From Thermoplasmata archaeon (GTDB lineage: Archaea; Thermoplasmatota; Thermoplasmata; Lutacidiplasmatales; UBA184), in assembly GCA_028864975.1 (NCBI GenBank), contig JAGWLG010000008.1:55884-119883 (forward strand): a DNA stretch of 64,000 nucleotides, written 5' to 3'. Shown piece by piece: positions 39,262 to 48,192 of the stretch. Numbering within the stretch: the first letter of the stretch is position 1; the number at the start of each line of letters is the position of its first letter. A model generated the notes under the pieces. That model saw nothing but the letters and a program-made list of their open reading frames with translations, searched no databases and was not told the DNA's origin. Made by a program: the position numbers and the translations under genes.

Positions 39262-39741
39262 ATGCCTGGCCGGGTCCGACGCTCTTGGCACTACCTCCGC
39301 CAGGAGCCCGCGGCGTATCCTCGCGTCGTCACCTACCAGAGCACACTCCCCTTGAGCGACAACTCCGGGGACCCCATCGACGCTTTCATCCTGGAAAAGT
39401 ACCCCCTAGAGGCCGCGGAGAAGTACGGCGGCGTCTCGGTCATCCCGAAAATCCTCGGGTGCTTCAAGGGGATGGAGAGGGACGGCGCACCGTCGCTCCA
39501 GTGTGAGGAGGTCTTCCGGTTCGAGGTGACGCTGGAGGAGCATACCCCCGACGAGACCCAGGAGAACAGCGACTTCTTCACGAGCCTCGCGCACCGCGCT
39601 GCTCTGGAGCTTGGCCAGGAGAGCGTTTTCAATGTGACGGAGTTGGACGTGAGCGAGCAGTTCGTCGCCGGTGAGCGGCTCCCCCGGTTGCCCCAGGAGA
39701 AGCTCTCCCGCGACGTGTTCCGACGAACGCTCGGCCGGTGA
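39262..39741 (+). CDS. Hypothetical alpha/beta protein (DUF3574-like pattern)
   Basis: LP...GD...YGGVSV...G.F...E...FEV...LA...LGQESV; start uncertain. Confidence 0.45.
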   Translation: MPGRVRRSWHYLRQEPAAYPRVVTYQSTLPLSDNSGDPIDAFILEKYPLEAAEKYGGVSVIPKILGCFKGMERDGAPSLQCEEVFRFEVTLEEHTPDETQENSDFFTSLAHRAALELGQESVFNVTELDVSEQFVAGERLPRLPQEKLSRDVFRRTLGR

Positions 39742-39742
39742 G

Positions 39743-40584
39743 CTACCTCTTCGGGAACTTCCTCTTCCCGTACCACGGGATGCCACCGATGTGCTCCTTG
39801 ACCGCCGTGCCGAGCGCAATGTCCAGGAACTTGGTCTTGTACCGCTTCAGCACCGCGTCCAGGACGGCTTCGGTCGCGTAGCGCACCGTGCGGTGAGGCG
39901 TCGCGTTCGCCTTGAGCCCGGCCGGCCCGCCGCCCCGGTCCTCCTCCTTGCCCTCCTCCTTGAGCTTCAGGAACGCCTTCAGGAACGGGTGCCAACCATT
40001 CGCCCACATGCCCGCCTCCAGGTCCGCGACGCCCTGGTCGAGCCGGAAGAAGATGTCCCCATCGCGCACGACGAGCACGGTCGAGTGAGGGTAGACCGGA
40101 AGGTAGCCGTAGGCGTGGCGGAAGGCGACCCAGAGCTTGTCCGAGCGCGCGAGCTTCTGGACCTTCTCGCCGTCGTAGCTCAGCCACACCTCGAACCGGC
40201 CCTCCTTCACCTCCTCTGACGTGACCGTTCCCTCGGTGTCCGTGGTCGTCAGCGCTGTTGACATCATGTTCCTCCCAGCTTCGTCTGCTGGAGCCGGGCC
40301 ACCTGCTCCTTGAGCCGGGCGACCTCCTTCTCCAACTCCCCGTTCTCACGCGCGAGCCTGGTGGCGGCCTGAGCGTACGTGGACTCGAAACCCTCCCGGT
40401 ACTTCCGGTCCCATTCCTTCAGGTGCGCGTCGCAGAAGATGAAGACCGCGTCGTCCGTGCAGTCCCCGGCGAGGCAGTGGATTCCCCCCGGAACGAACTC
40501 GCCCTGGTTTAGCAGCCGCGCGAGATTCCGAATGCGCTCCTCACACACGCTGTGGTCCGTCTGCGGTGGCTCGCTCTCGCCCAT
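39743..40584 (-). other. Two ORFs (39743-40267, 40264-40584 with Cys motif and coiled coil)
   Basis: Coupled, RBS present. Confidence 0.6.
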
Positions 40585-40657
40585 CCTCTATCCTCGGTGA
40601 GTCGTCTTCGTGAAAGTGTCGAAAAGTGGCATATACCCTCCCGTGGGTCCCGGGCGC

Positions 40658-41320
40658 ATGGCAGGTTCACCCCCGGCCAGTCCGCCGACCTACACGCCCT
40701 CGCCGCTCGTGAAGTACTTCGCCCTGGTCGTCTTCCTCATCGGAGACGTCGTCCTGAGCTACGTGCTCAAGGCCTTCCCCAACATCCTGGGGATGTCGGT
40801 CGCGGGGTCCACCTTCGTGGCCATCTTCGCGTTCGTCGCTCACGACCTCGAAACCGCGAAGACCCCGAACGGCCTCCCCACGTACTTGACCTTCATCGTC
40901 ATCACCGTCGCCGCGGCAGCGTTCGGCGCCCTCGCCTACTTCGACCACAGCACGTTCCTGGAAGTCTCCGCCCTCGTTACCTGGCTCATTGTGCTGCTCG
41001 GCGCGGTCTTCCATGCTCTCAAGGAGGACGCCGGCGTCAACGTCCCCGCCAACGAGGAGGTCTGGGCCGTGAGCTTCCTTGGGATTGCGGTCTCCCTCCT
41101 GATGTGGTACCAGTCGAACTCCCAGGCCGGCGTCGCCGGGCTCATCGCCACCGCGGTCTATGTTGTCCCTCTGTACCTCCATGTGGGGTCCGATGGCTCC
41201 GTCACTCCGGTGCCCAACCCGCCTGACCCCTCGACCCCCAATGTGCTGACCGTCACCGACGCCGGGGTCGAGGTCAAGGGGACCCTCAAGGTGACCGGCC
41301 CCGCTGCCAAGAGCCCCTAG
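40658..41320 (+). CDS. Polytopic membrane protein (about 6 TM, internal duplication)
   Basis: Hydrophobic segments; HDLE..K...P / HALKED..V..P repeat; ATATAC box at 40631. Confidence 0.7.
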   Translation: MAGSPPASPPTYTPSPLVKYFALVVFLIGDVVLSYVLKAFPNILGMSVAGSTFVAIFAFVAHDLETAKTPNGLPTYLTFIVITVAAAAFGALAYFDHSTFLEVSALVTWLIVLLGAVFHALKEDAGVNVPANEEVWAVSFLGIAVSLLMWYQSNSQAGVAGLIATAVYVVPLYLHVGSDGSVTPVPNPPDPSTPNVLTVTDAGVEVKGTLKVTGPAAKSP

Positions 41321-41337
41321 CATCCTCACGCCTAGTT

Positions 41338-41519
41338 CTCCCCCTGGTCCCGACACGGGGCCGGGGGGAGCTTCCATCTCCACGCGACCGGACCGGACGG
41401 GATAGGAGGAGAGGGGGACGAACCCAGTGGGTGACCCCGGGGTGCGCTGGGGAGGGCCTTCCCCCCGGGCGAACCGCGAGACCTCCGACGCTCTCTCCCC
41501 CGCATGCCGGTCCGGTCGC
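41338..41519. ncRNA. Candidate structured non-coding RNA
   Basis: 14-bp hairpin 41338-41370 and perfect 13-bp inverted repeat 41384-41396/41507-41519 enclosing further stems. Confidence 0.5.
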
Positions 41520-41553
41520 AACCGCCAAGTAGCGCGCGAACGGTAGGTGCTCC

Positions 41554-42261
41554 GTGGGCGCGCGGGTCCTCGACGAGAACATCGTTCTGCACGTCGCCGA
41601 CGTCTCTCATCGGACCTACGACGACGTCTGCACCACCCTCTCTCGCATCATCGACGCCGGTCTTGGAGAGCCGAACCCGGGCGCCCACACGACCTGTGTC
41701 GGGGGAAGCGCCAAGGGTCCGCTGCTCGGAATGGACCTGGCGCCCGCGGCCTACCGACGCACGTACCGGGCCGCTCCGGACTTCGGGCTTCGGCTGTCTC
41801 GCCACCTGGACTCCTGCAACCGCATCGCCGAGACCGAATCGGTCACCCCTCGTGGGCGGAGGGAATCGCCCGAGGAGATGGTGCGCAGGATGGCCAACGT
41901 GACCAGCCGTGTCAAGACCTGCATCCGGAACGCCTACTTCTTCGATGACCTCTACCAGGGGTCGAGCCTGTTCGGCCCCACGCTCCCGCCGCCCCGGGGG
42001 ACCGCGGACCGCTACCTCACCGAGCTTCTCGACCACGACCCGGAACCCGTTGCCTTCGTCACCGAGGACCTCGGCCCCGACACCCACACGACGGAACAGG
42101 TCACCGTCATCTCCACCCACACGGACCTCCAAGAGGCCATGGTGGGGAACATCGCAGAGGGGACGCAGCCCCTCGCCGCCGACCCCGTCGAGGCCGCCGG
42201 TCGGTTCCTAGTGGGCCGGCTCCGACGCAGTGGCCTCGCGCTCGGCGGCGGCCCGCCGTAG
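41554..42261 (+). CDS. Hypothetical protein
   Basis: 235-aa ORF with coding bias, GTG after AGGTG. Confidence 0.65.
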   Translation: MGARVLDENIVLHVADVSHRTYDDVCTTLSRIIDAGLGEPNPGAHTTCVGGSAKGPLLGMDLAPAAYRRTYRAAPDFGLRLSRHLDSCNRIAETESVTPRGRRESPEEMVRRMANVTSRVKTCIRNAYFFDDLYQGSSLFGPTLPPPRGTADRYLTELLDHDPEPVAFVTEDLGPDTHTTEQVTVISTHTDLQEAMVGNIAEGTQPLAADPVEAAGRFLVGRLRRSGLALGGGPP

Positions 42262-42607
42262 CTCCTCCGCCCGCGGCTGGAAGAACCGGCTCGCCTCCTC
42301 CAGCGCTTGTTTGGCCTGCCGGAACACCCGCCTCCGGTACTCCCCGCCGTCCATCTCGTCCGGCGTGGGGTTCTCCATCCCCAGGTAGTCCTTGGCCTGC
42401 CGGAGGGCATCCATCAGCCTCCAGACCGCACGGTCCGTGTCGGTCGTCCCCTCGACCCATCCCGTGGCCTCCGCTCTCTCCTTCGCTTCGACCTCTCCTG
42501 CCATGTTCGTTCTTCCCCTCCTCTTTCTCTACTTTGACGCACTTAAGGGTAGCGCATCTGCAAAGTTTCCTCCGAGACTGAGGGGTCACCTGCTACGATG
42601 CACACCT

Positions 42608-42758
42608 CGCCCCGTTCTGGAGGAAGCTCCAGCGCCGGGCGCGGGTGCGTCTGAGACTCCCTGTGGTGGAACGCCCGCGGATGCTCCGCGAGCCCGCGGG
42701 ATTGAGCGGGGCGCAGCGGGCGCCGTTTCCGGAGCTTCCTCCACAAGTGGCCCGGGCG
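42608..42758. ncRNA. Candidate structured non-coding RNA or regulatory leader
   Basis: Perfect 13-bp IR TGGAGGAAGCTCC 42617-42629 / 42731-42743, outer CGCCCG/CGGGCG, inner CCCGCGG...CCGCGGG. Confidence 0.45.
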
Positions 42759-43143
42759 CGTCTCCGCGAGCCCGGTGACCTACTCCCCTTGGGCCTCCGG
42801 AGCGCTCCGGGAGGCCTCCCGCTCCGCTTTCAGACGCGCCCCCGCCTGCTCCACCTTCCCCAGCCGTTCCGCGATGGCCTTGGCCTTCAGCGACCAGGCG
42901 TGGACCAGTTGCAGGCGCATCCCGTCGTCCTTCGACGACAGGTGCGTGGCGGCCATCTCCCGGATGAACGCCGCCCCGTCCTCGGTGAGTTGGAAGGACT
43001 CCACGGGGCAGTTCGGCTCGTGGGGCACCCCCACAGGTCGCTTGGGGTCGCAGGAGCACCATTGCAGCCGCTCGGCCTCCGTCTTCGTTCCGTTCGTCCC
43101 TGGCGTCGTCCCCGTCGTCTCGTTCTCGCTCATGGGTTCCACC

Positions 43144-43539
43144 TCACTGCTTCCCGGCCCGGAGCCTGTCGAGTATCGCGCGTCGCTCCTTCTCGACCTT
43201 CTTCATGTCGATGGAGAAGAACTCCGCGAGAAGCTCCTCCAGGTTGTAGGTCCAGGTGTACATCACCGCGTTCCGCGACTCGCTCTGCATGCCGCACACG
43301 TTCGCCTTGTAACTGGCGGGGTGCTTGCACGGACCGGTGATGCCCGCGATGCAGGTCTCCCTGTTGTGGGGACCGACCTCCTTGCAGCTTCCGTCGTGCT
43401 CGTGCCCCTTCCCCAGGTAGACCCCCTTCTCGCTCTGGAGCCACTCCAGGAACTCGCCGATGGCCTGGCTCTTCGGCGCGGCCTCCGCCATCTTGTCGCA
43501 CTCGGGCGTTGTCGATTTCTCCGCTGCTGCTGCTGCCAT
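43144..43539 (-). CDS. Virus-type hypothetical protein (SQAIGEFLEWL ... LLAEFF.ID..KVE.ERRAIL)
   Basis: Motif familiar from phage ORFans; function unknown. Confidence 0.65.
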   Translation of the reverse strand: MAAAAAEKSTTPECDKMAEAAPKSQAIGEFLEWLQSEKGVYLGKGHEHDGSCKEVGPHNRETCIAGITGPCKHPASYKANVCGMQSESRNAVMYTWTYNLEELLAEFFSIDMKKVEKERRAILDRLRAGKQ

Positions 43540-44448
43540 TCGATTCACCTGTATCCTGCCGGCGGTGACGGCGTCTTTCTCTCCTTGGACTGGTACGGCT
43601 TGATGGTCTCCATCCAGACCGCATGGGACATCCCGTCCGGGTACTTCGCCATGGCCGCCTGGACCGCCTCGACCGCTGCGCCAAGGCCCCGGCCGTAGCC
43701 AATCCACGCCCGCTTTGGGTCCATCGCGTCGGTGAGGGACACCTCCACGACTCCGGTCAGTTCGGGATGCCCCGGGATTCCCTCCACCCCGCCCGACGCT
43801 TGCCAGAAGAGGCCGGACTTAGCCCACTCCGCCAGGAGGAGTTCGATGTCGGTCACGGGCTCAGGCGACCTCCGCTTCCGAGAGCACCAGCGACGCGGTC
43901 TCCCACGGGTCCAGGTCACATCCGACCGGCACCACTTCGTTGATGACCTCGCCCACCCCGAAGCGCTCCAGGTACTTGGGGTCCCAGGTAAAGGCGAACC
44001 AGGCGGACCGGATGCCGGCCATTCGGAGGCGGCGGGCGCGATGCGCGTTCACGGGATGTCCCTCACCCCGAGCAACCGGAGCGCTTCCCGGAGCCCGTCG
44101 CGCTTGCCCCAGTGGAACGACGGGTCAAGACTCCTGCTCTCAAGCGCCTGGGCCTCGTGTATCTCGAACTCGATGGAATCCTTCAGTAGCTGGATGTAGG
44201 TCGTGTGTGGACCGCTCATCAGCATGGCTCCTGGTCCCGTTCGTCGGCGTGCTCGCTGTGCCAACCGGGTGGGACCCCCGGTCCTTCCTTCTTCGCCGCT
44301 GCACCCGGCATCGCTCGTTGCACCGCCTCCGAGAACAGCTTCGTCATCTTCTCCGCGTCCTCCCACAGCATGTTCACCTTGGAGTCGAACCCGGAGTCCC
44401 CGAACTCGATGCGCAGGTGGACCTTGGCGCGCGTAGGGTGATTCTCGC

Positions 44449-44820
44449 TCACGCCCTCTCCTTCCCAGCCGGGGGTGCGGGCCTGTACCGAAGGTCATGG
44501 AGCCGCTCCCAGGCCGCACGCGGGACCTCGCCGTCGTCGTAGGCATGGAGCCAGTCGCGGATGCCTTCGTTCAGCCGCTCCACCTCGGCCCTCGCTGCGT
44601 CGCGCTGGGTCGCTCTGAGTTGAAGCTCCGTTATTGCCGCCTCTCCCGCCTGTGTCAGCTTCGCCAACTCCGCGGTCAGGCGGGCGACCTCGTTCTGGAG
44701 TCGGCGGTACATCTCTGTCATCGCGTCCGGCAGGATGACGACCTCCCCGCACTTCCCGCAGTTCGTCGCCATGACCGGGAGACCCTTCGGGACCTCCACA
44801 GGTCTCTCGCCTGGCGTCAC
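44449..44820 (-). CDS. Coiled-coil cassette protein (paralog 1)
   Basis: EVARLTAELAK...RDAARAEVERL...PAPPAGKE. Confidence 0.65.
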   Translation of the reverse strand: MTPGERPVEVPKGLPVMATNCGKCGEVVILPDAMTEMYRRLQNEVARLTAELAKLTQAGEAAITELQLRATQRDAARAEVERLNEGIRDWLHAYDDGEVPRAAWERLHDLRYRPAPPAGKERA

Positions 44821-45127
44821 CTCTTTTCCTCCTTGGCCGGGCTGAACACCAGCGGCGCCCGGCCCAGCGCGACGTCCACGGCCCTCCTCAACCGCTCCTC
44901 GCTCAGGAAGGGTTGAAGCTCGGCGAGCAGCGACCGGAAAACCGTTGCCTCAGCCCGGAGCCCCGACAACTCCTTCGCCATCCTCTGGTAGTCCTTGCTT
45001 CCGCGGCACGGGTAGAACGTCGCTCTCACCAGGACGTCGTGCGGTCCGTGGACGAAGTCGTACGTGCATGGTGCGTCAGCCGTGTCGTGCAGGTTGGTCC
45101 TCCATGGTGTCGCGGTGTCCTTCTCGG

Positions 45128-45418
45128 TCATGTCGCGCCCTTGCGTCGGTAGGGATTCGTGTCGCCGTCTGCCTTCGTGTGCTGCGGCCCGTAGCAGGCT
45201 TCTGTGAGGTCCCAGAGCGTCGCCAGGAGACCCTCCTCCTTGGCCCGCTCCATGAATCTCTTCCCCCGCTGGGTCTCGTCCACGTCCCGGTCCTCGTCGT
45301 GCAGCAGCCCCAAGCCCAACGCGATGTGAAGGCGCTTCTGGAAGGGTAGGGAGAGGAACCGGTAGTGGAGCCGACGATAGGGGTCCGGCACGGAGTAGTC
45401 GTCCGGCTGAGCGCCCAT
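45128..45418 (-). CDS. Stand-alone GAAD-like (GTPase-associated adaptor) helical domain
   Basis: RRLHYRFLSL...R..IA..LGLL...D.....F..RA..EGLL..LW pattern from memory of family; unverified. Confidence 0.4.
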   Translation of the reverse strand: MGAQPDDYSVPDPYRRLHYRFLSLPFQKRLHIALGLGLLHDEDRDVDETQRGKRFMERAKEEGLLATLWDLTEACYGPQHTKADGDTNPYRRKGAT

Positions 45419-46305
45419 TCAGAGTTCCTCCTCTTTCTCGGACTTGGCCCGGACACGCACCCCGTACCAACCGAGCACGAGGGTGATGACGACCACGACG
45501 ACGATGGCCGCCGCGGTCTCCAGGTCCACCATGTCAGTCACACCCCCCGGGCCTCTCCGGCGTCATGTCCTCCGCGAGTTGCTCCCGCGCCAACATCTCC
45601 TCCTCTCGTTCCTCCGGCGTCGGCGGTCTCGGCCACTCCTTCCTCACCCGGGCGATGAGCGCCCGGTCCACCAGGACCCCTTCCCCTTCCCCCTGCTCCA
45701 TCTCGACGCAGTGGAGCGCGGTCTCCAGGGAGTCCGCAAGACGGTTCAGCAGTTGCGTCGGGTCGTCCACCAGATGCTCCGGGGTCACGTACATGGTGCT
45801 CCCCACCGGGACGACGTGCACCAGCCTCTTCCGACCGAAGTGCTCGATGTTTGCCCGGTCCACCTGGACCTTCAGGTACGCGACGTCGCCGACCTTCCTC
45901 TCGTTGTCGCTCATGGGGTTCTCGGCAGCTTGGCGGTCCGTGGTACGAACTCTCCCGGCTCCGGCTCGTAGCCCGGAATCGGGTCGCTGTACTTCAGGAA
46001 CGGGCCGCTGTGCCCCGTGGACAGGTTGTGCCCCGGGGTGATTCGCGGGATTTTCCTCTCCCGGTCCCAGCTACAGGACCCGATGTCGCACGGCCCGCAG
46101 CACCTTCCAAAGGCGAACTGGCGGGCACACAGCACACGGTCGCAGCAGAGGCAGTGAAACGGCGCGGTGAACCTCCGCCCCTTGAAGTCGATGGTGACAC
46201 CGGCCGGGTCCGGGTCGTGGTTCCCTCCACAGGAGTTGCACCAGCCCGGGTACTGGGGACCCCACGGTTTTCTCCCTGGCGAGCCCGAGGATGCGCTGGT
46301 CTCGC

Positions 46306-46626
46306 TCATGTTCCGAGGTCCTCCGGGACAACGAGCGGAATGTCGTTGCTCATCCTCACCAAGTCGGCAACGAAGAGGAGGTAGTTCGCAGCATCCGCTG
46401 TTTCTGCAAGTACAGCCATCGCGTTTTCGTACGTTGGTTTCTCGGTCCACCGAGCGAGGGCATCCGAGACCTCCGCCATCTCATTCCATGATGCTTCCAG
46501 CATCTCTCGGGGTTCCTCGTCGTCCCACCCTCCCTTGTGGTCGTTGAGGCTCAGCTTGCGCTCCATCGCTTCGGCGAACCATCGAAGATGTCTCCTGAGA
46601 GAGACGGGCTTCTTGTCGGGCTTCAA
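46306..46626 (-). CDS. MazG-like / dNTP pyrophosphatase-like protein
   Basis: FAEAMERKL..NDHKGGW, NEMAEV, ETADAANY. Confidence 0.6.
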   Translation of the reverse strand: MKPDKKPVSLRRHLRWFAEAMERKLSLNDHKGGWDDEEPREMLEASWNEMAEVSDALARWTEKPTYENAMAVLAETADAANYLLFVADLVRMSNDIPLVVPEDLGT

Positions 46627-46973
46627 GAATCCTCCGGCCCGAGGATGCGGTTGAGCCAGTTCAAGACATTCTGACGGTTGACCGTCACGAGGTCGATGTG
46701 GTTGAAGTAGGCTCGCATGCGCTGAAGTTCCTCAACTGCTTCGGGGAGGGTCAGCGGGACCGTCTGGGGCTCGCCCGACTTGCGCTGCCTGTCGCTCAAG
46801 GACTCACCGTCCTTCTTTGAACGAGTTCGATGGCGTGAAACACATCTGCCTTGGCGCGACAGAGAAGGTCTGCCGCCTCCAACCACGCGGGGCTCGTCGC
46901 GCGCCTCGCGTCGCATTCCGCCTCCTCAATCATCCCGTGCACGGCCCACAATCGCTCCACAGTGTTCATCTCC

Positions 46974-47354
46974 TCACCATCTCTTCTGCTCCGCGACGCT
47001 GTGCACGAACCCGTCGTCCTCCAGGCTCCTCAAGACCTTCCTCGCCGTGAACGTCGGAATCTTCAAGCGCTGCGCGATGTCGAAAGCAATCAGCCCGGCC
47101 GGTTCCCCCTTCACCTCGGCGAGCGCGAGCACGCGGAGATTGGCGAACTCCTCCGGCGTCGGCTCCGGTCGCGGCTCCCTGGGACCCCGCTCCGGCCCCT
47201 GGCGCGGATGCTCCCGGTCGTACTGGACCCGGGGTCCGTCGCCGTCGCGCGACCGGCCCCGCTGACCGCCACCCCACCTCGGCCTGCGGTCCTCGCCATA
47301 CCTGTTCTGCGTTCGGCCTCTGTCTCGCCCAGCGTTCCTGTCACGGTCTCCCAT
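46974..47354 (-). CDS. RG-rich N-terminus plus winged-helix domain
   Basis: IAFDIAQRLKIPTFTARKVLRSLEDDGFV. Confidence 0.65.
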   Translation of the reverse strand: MGDRDRNAGRDRGRTQNRYGEDRRPRWGGGQRGRSRDGDGPRVQYDREHPRQGPERGPREPRPEPTPEEFANLRVLALAEVKGEPAGLIAFDIAQRLKIPTFTARKVLRSLEDDGFVHSVAEQKRW

Positions 47355-47730
47355 CGGTCTGCTCCTTCTTCGTCGCCTTCAGTTGCATGATGAACTCGCT
47401 CAACAGTTCCCGCTCTCCCTGCGTCAGTTGCAGGTGGTTCTTCACCTGCTCCAGCACCGTGTGGACCCCCCATAGGAAGCCCACCAACTCGCTGCTCTCC
47501 TTCCTCATCTCCAGCACGAAGCGCATCCCCTCGACCTTGGCCAGGAGATGGTCCACCGCGGTCAGCGAGGCGAACGCGCGCTCCTTCTCCACCTTGTCCA
47601 TGTGGTCGAGATAGTGCTCCAGCGTCATCCCGCTCGCTAGCGCCGCTTGCGCATCCGGCTCCGGTATCCCCATCACCTTCAGTAAGAGGCGCAGGTCGTT
47701 GTGGGTGTGCTTCGCGCCGGGTTCCATGGT

Positions 47731-48192
47731 TCACGCCACCTTGCGCCCGCGCAGCACCCAGACAATCAAGGGTTGGCTCGGCTTCTTCTTCACACCGTTC
47801 GGAGTCTCCCACCACCAATCGCGTCGCACGCGCGGCTCGCAATCGGCTTCGAGCAGCCGGGCAATCCATCCGTAGACGGGCATCGTTAGCACGACGTCGT
47901 GCCCCTTCGCCTGTTCTGCGAGGGCCTTCTTGACCCAAGCTGTGAAGCCGGGGGGGCCGAACGGTGGGTTGACGTAGGACGAGGGACCCCACGGTACGAC
48001 AGTACCGTCAAAGCCGTCGGGTCGGGGAAAGGGACACGGGTCCCCATCCTTCCCGAGGGGATGTGAGAAGTGGAACTCCTCGTCCAGCTTGTCGAAGAGA
48101 ACCTGCGGTGTGAGGATGGCGGCTCCGGCCGCGTTTCCTCCAGGGCGTACCGGGCGGTTCGCGTAGGGGGAGAGCGGCTTGGGCTCCGGCAT
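47731..48192 (-). CDS. Phage Dam-like N6-adenine DNA methyltransferase (short form)
   Basis: DPCP...FDG..VPW...YVNPPF...WVKKA..E..KG..VVL.MP. Confidence 0.85.
   Translation of the reverse strand: MPEPKPLSPYANRPVRPGGNAAGAAILTPQVLFDKLDEEFHFSHPLGKDGDPCPFPRPDGFDGTVVPWGPSSYVNPPFGPPGFTAWVKKALAEQAKGHDVVLTMPVYGWIARLLEADCEPRVRRDWWWETPNGVKKKPSQPLIVWVLRGRKVA

Noticed and set aside
36110-42760. RNase P or SRP RNA identity for the structured spacers
   Set aside because: Conserved GAGGAAAGUCC/P4 and SRP helix-8 motifs not found
44380-44410. T-loop-like GGGTTCGACTCC on minus strand as second tRNA
   Set aside because: No T-stem or cloverleaf; lies in frame within a CDS (GDSGFDSK)
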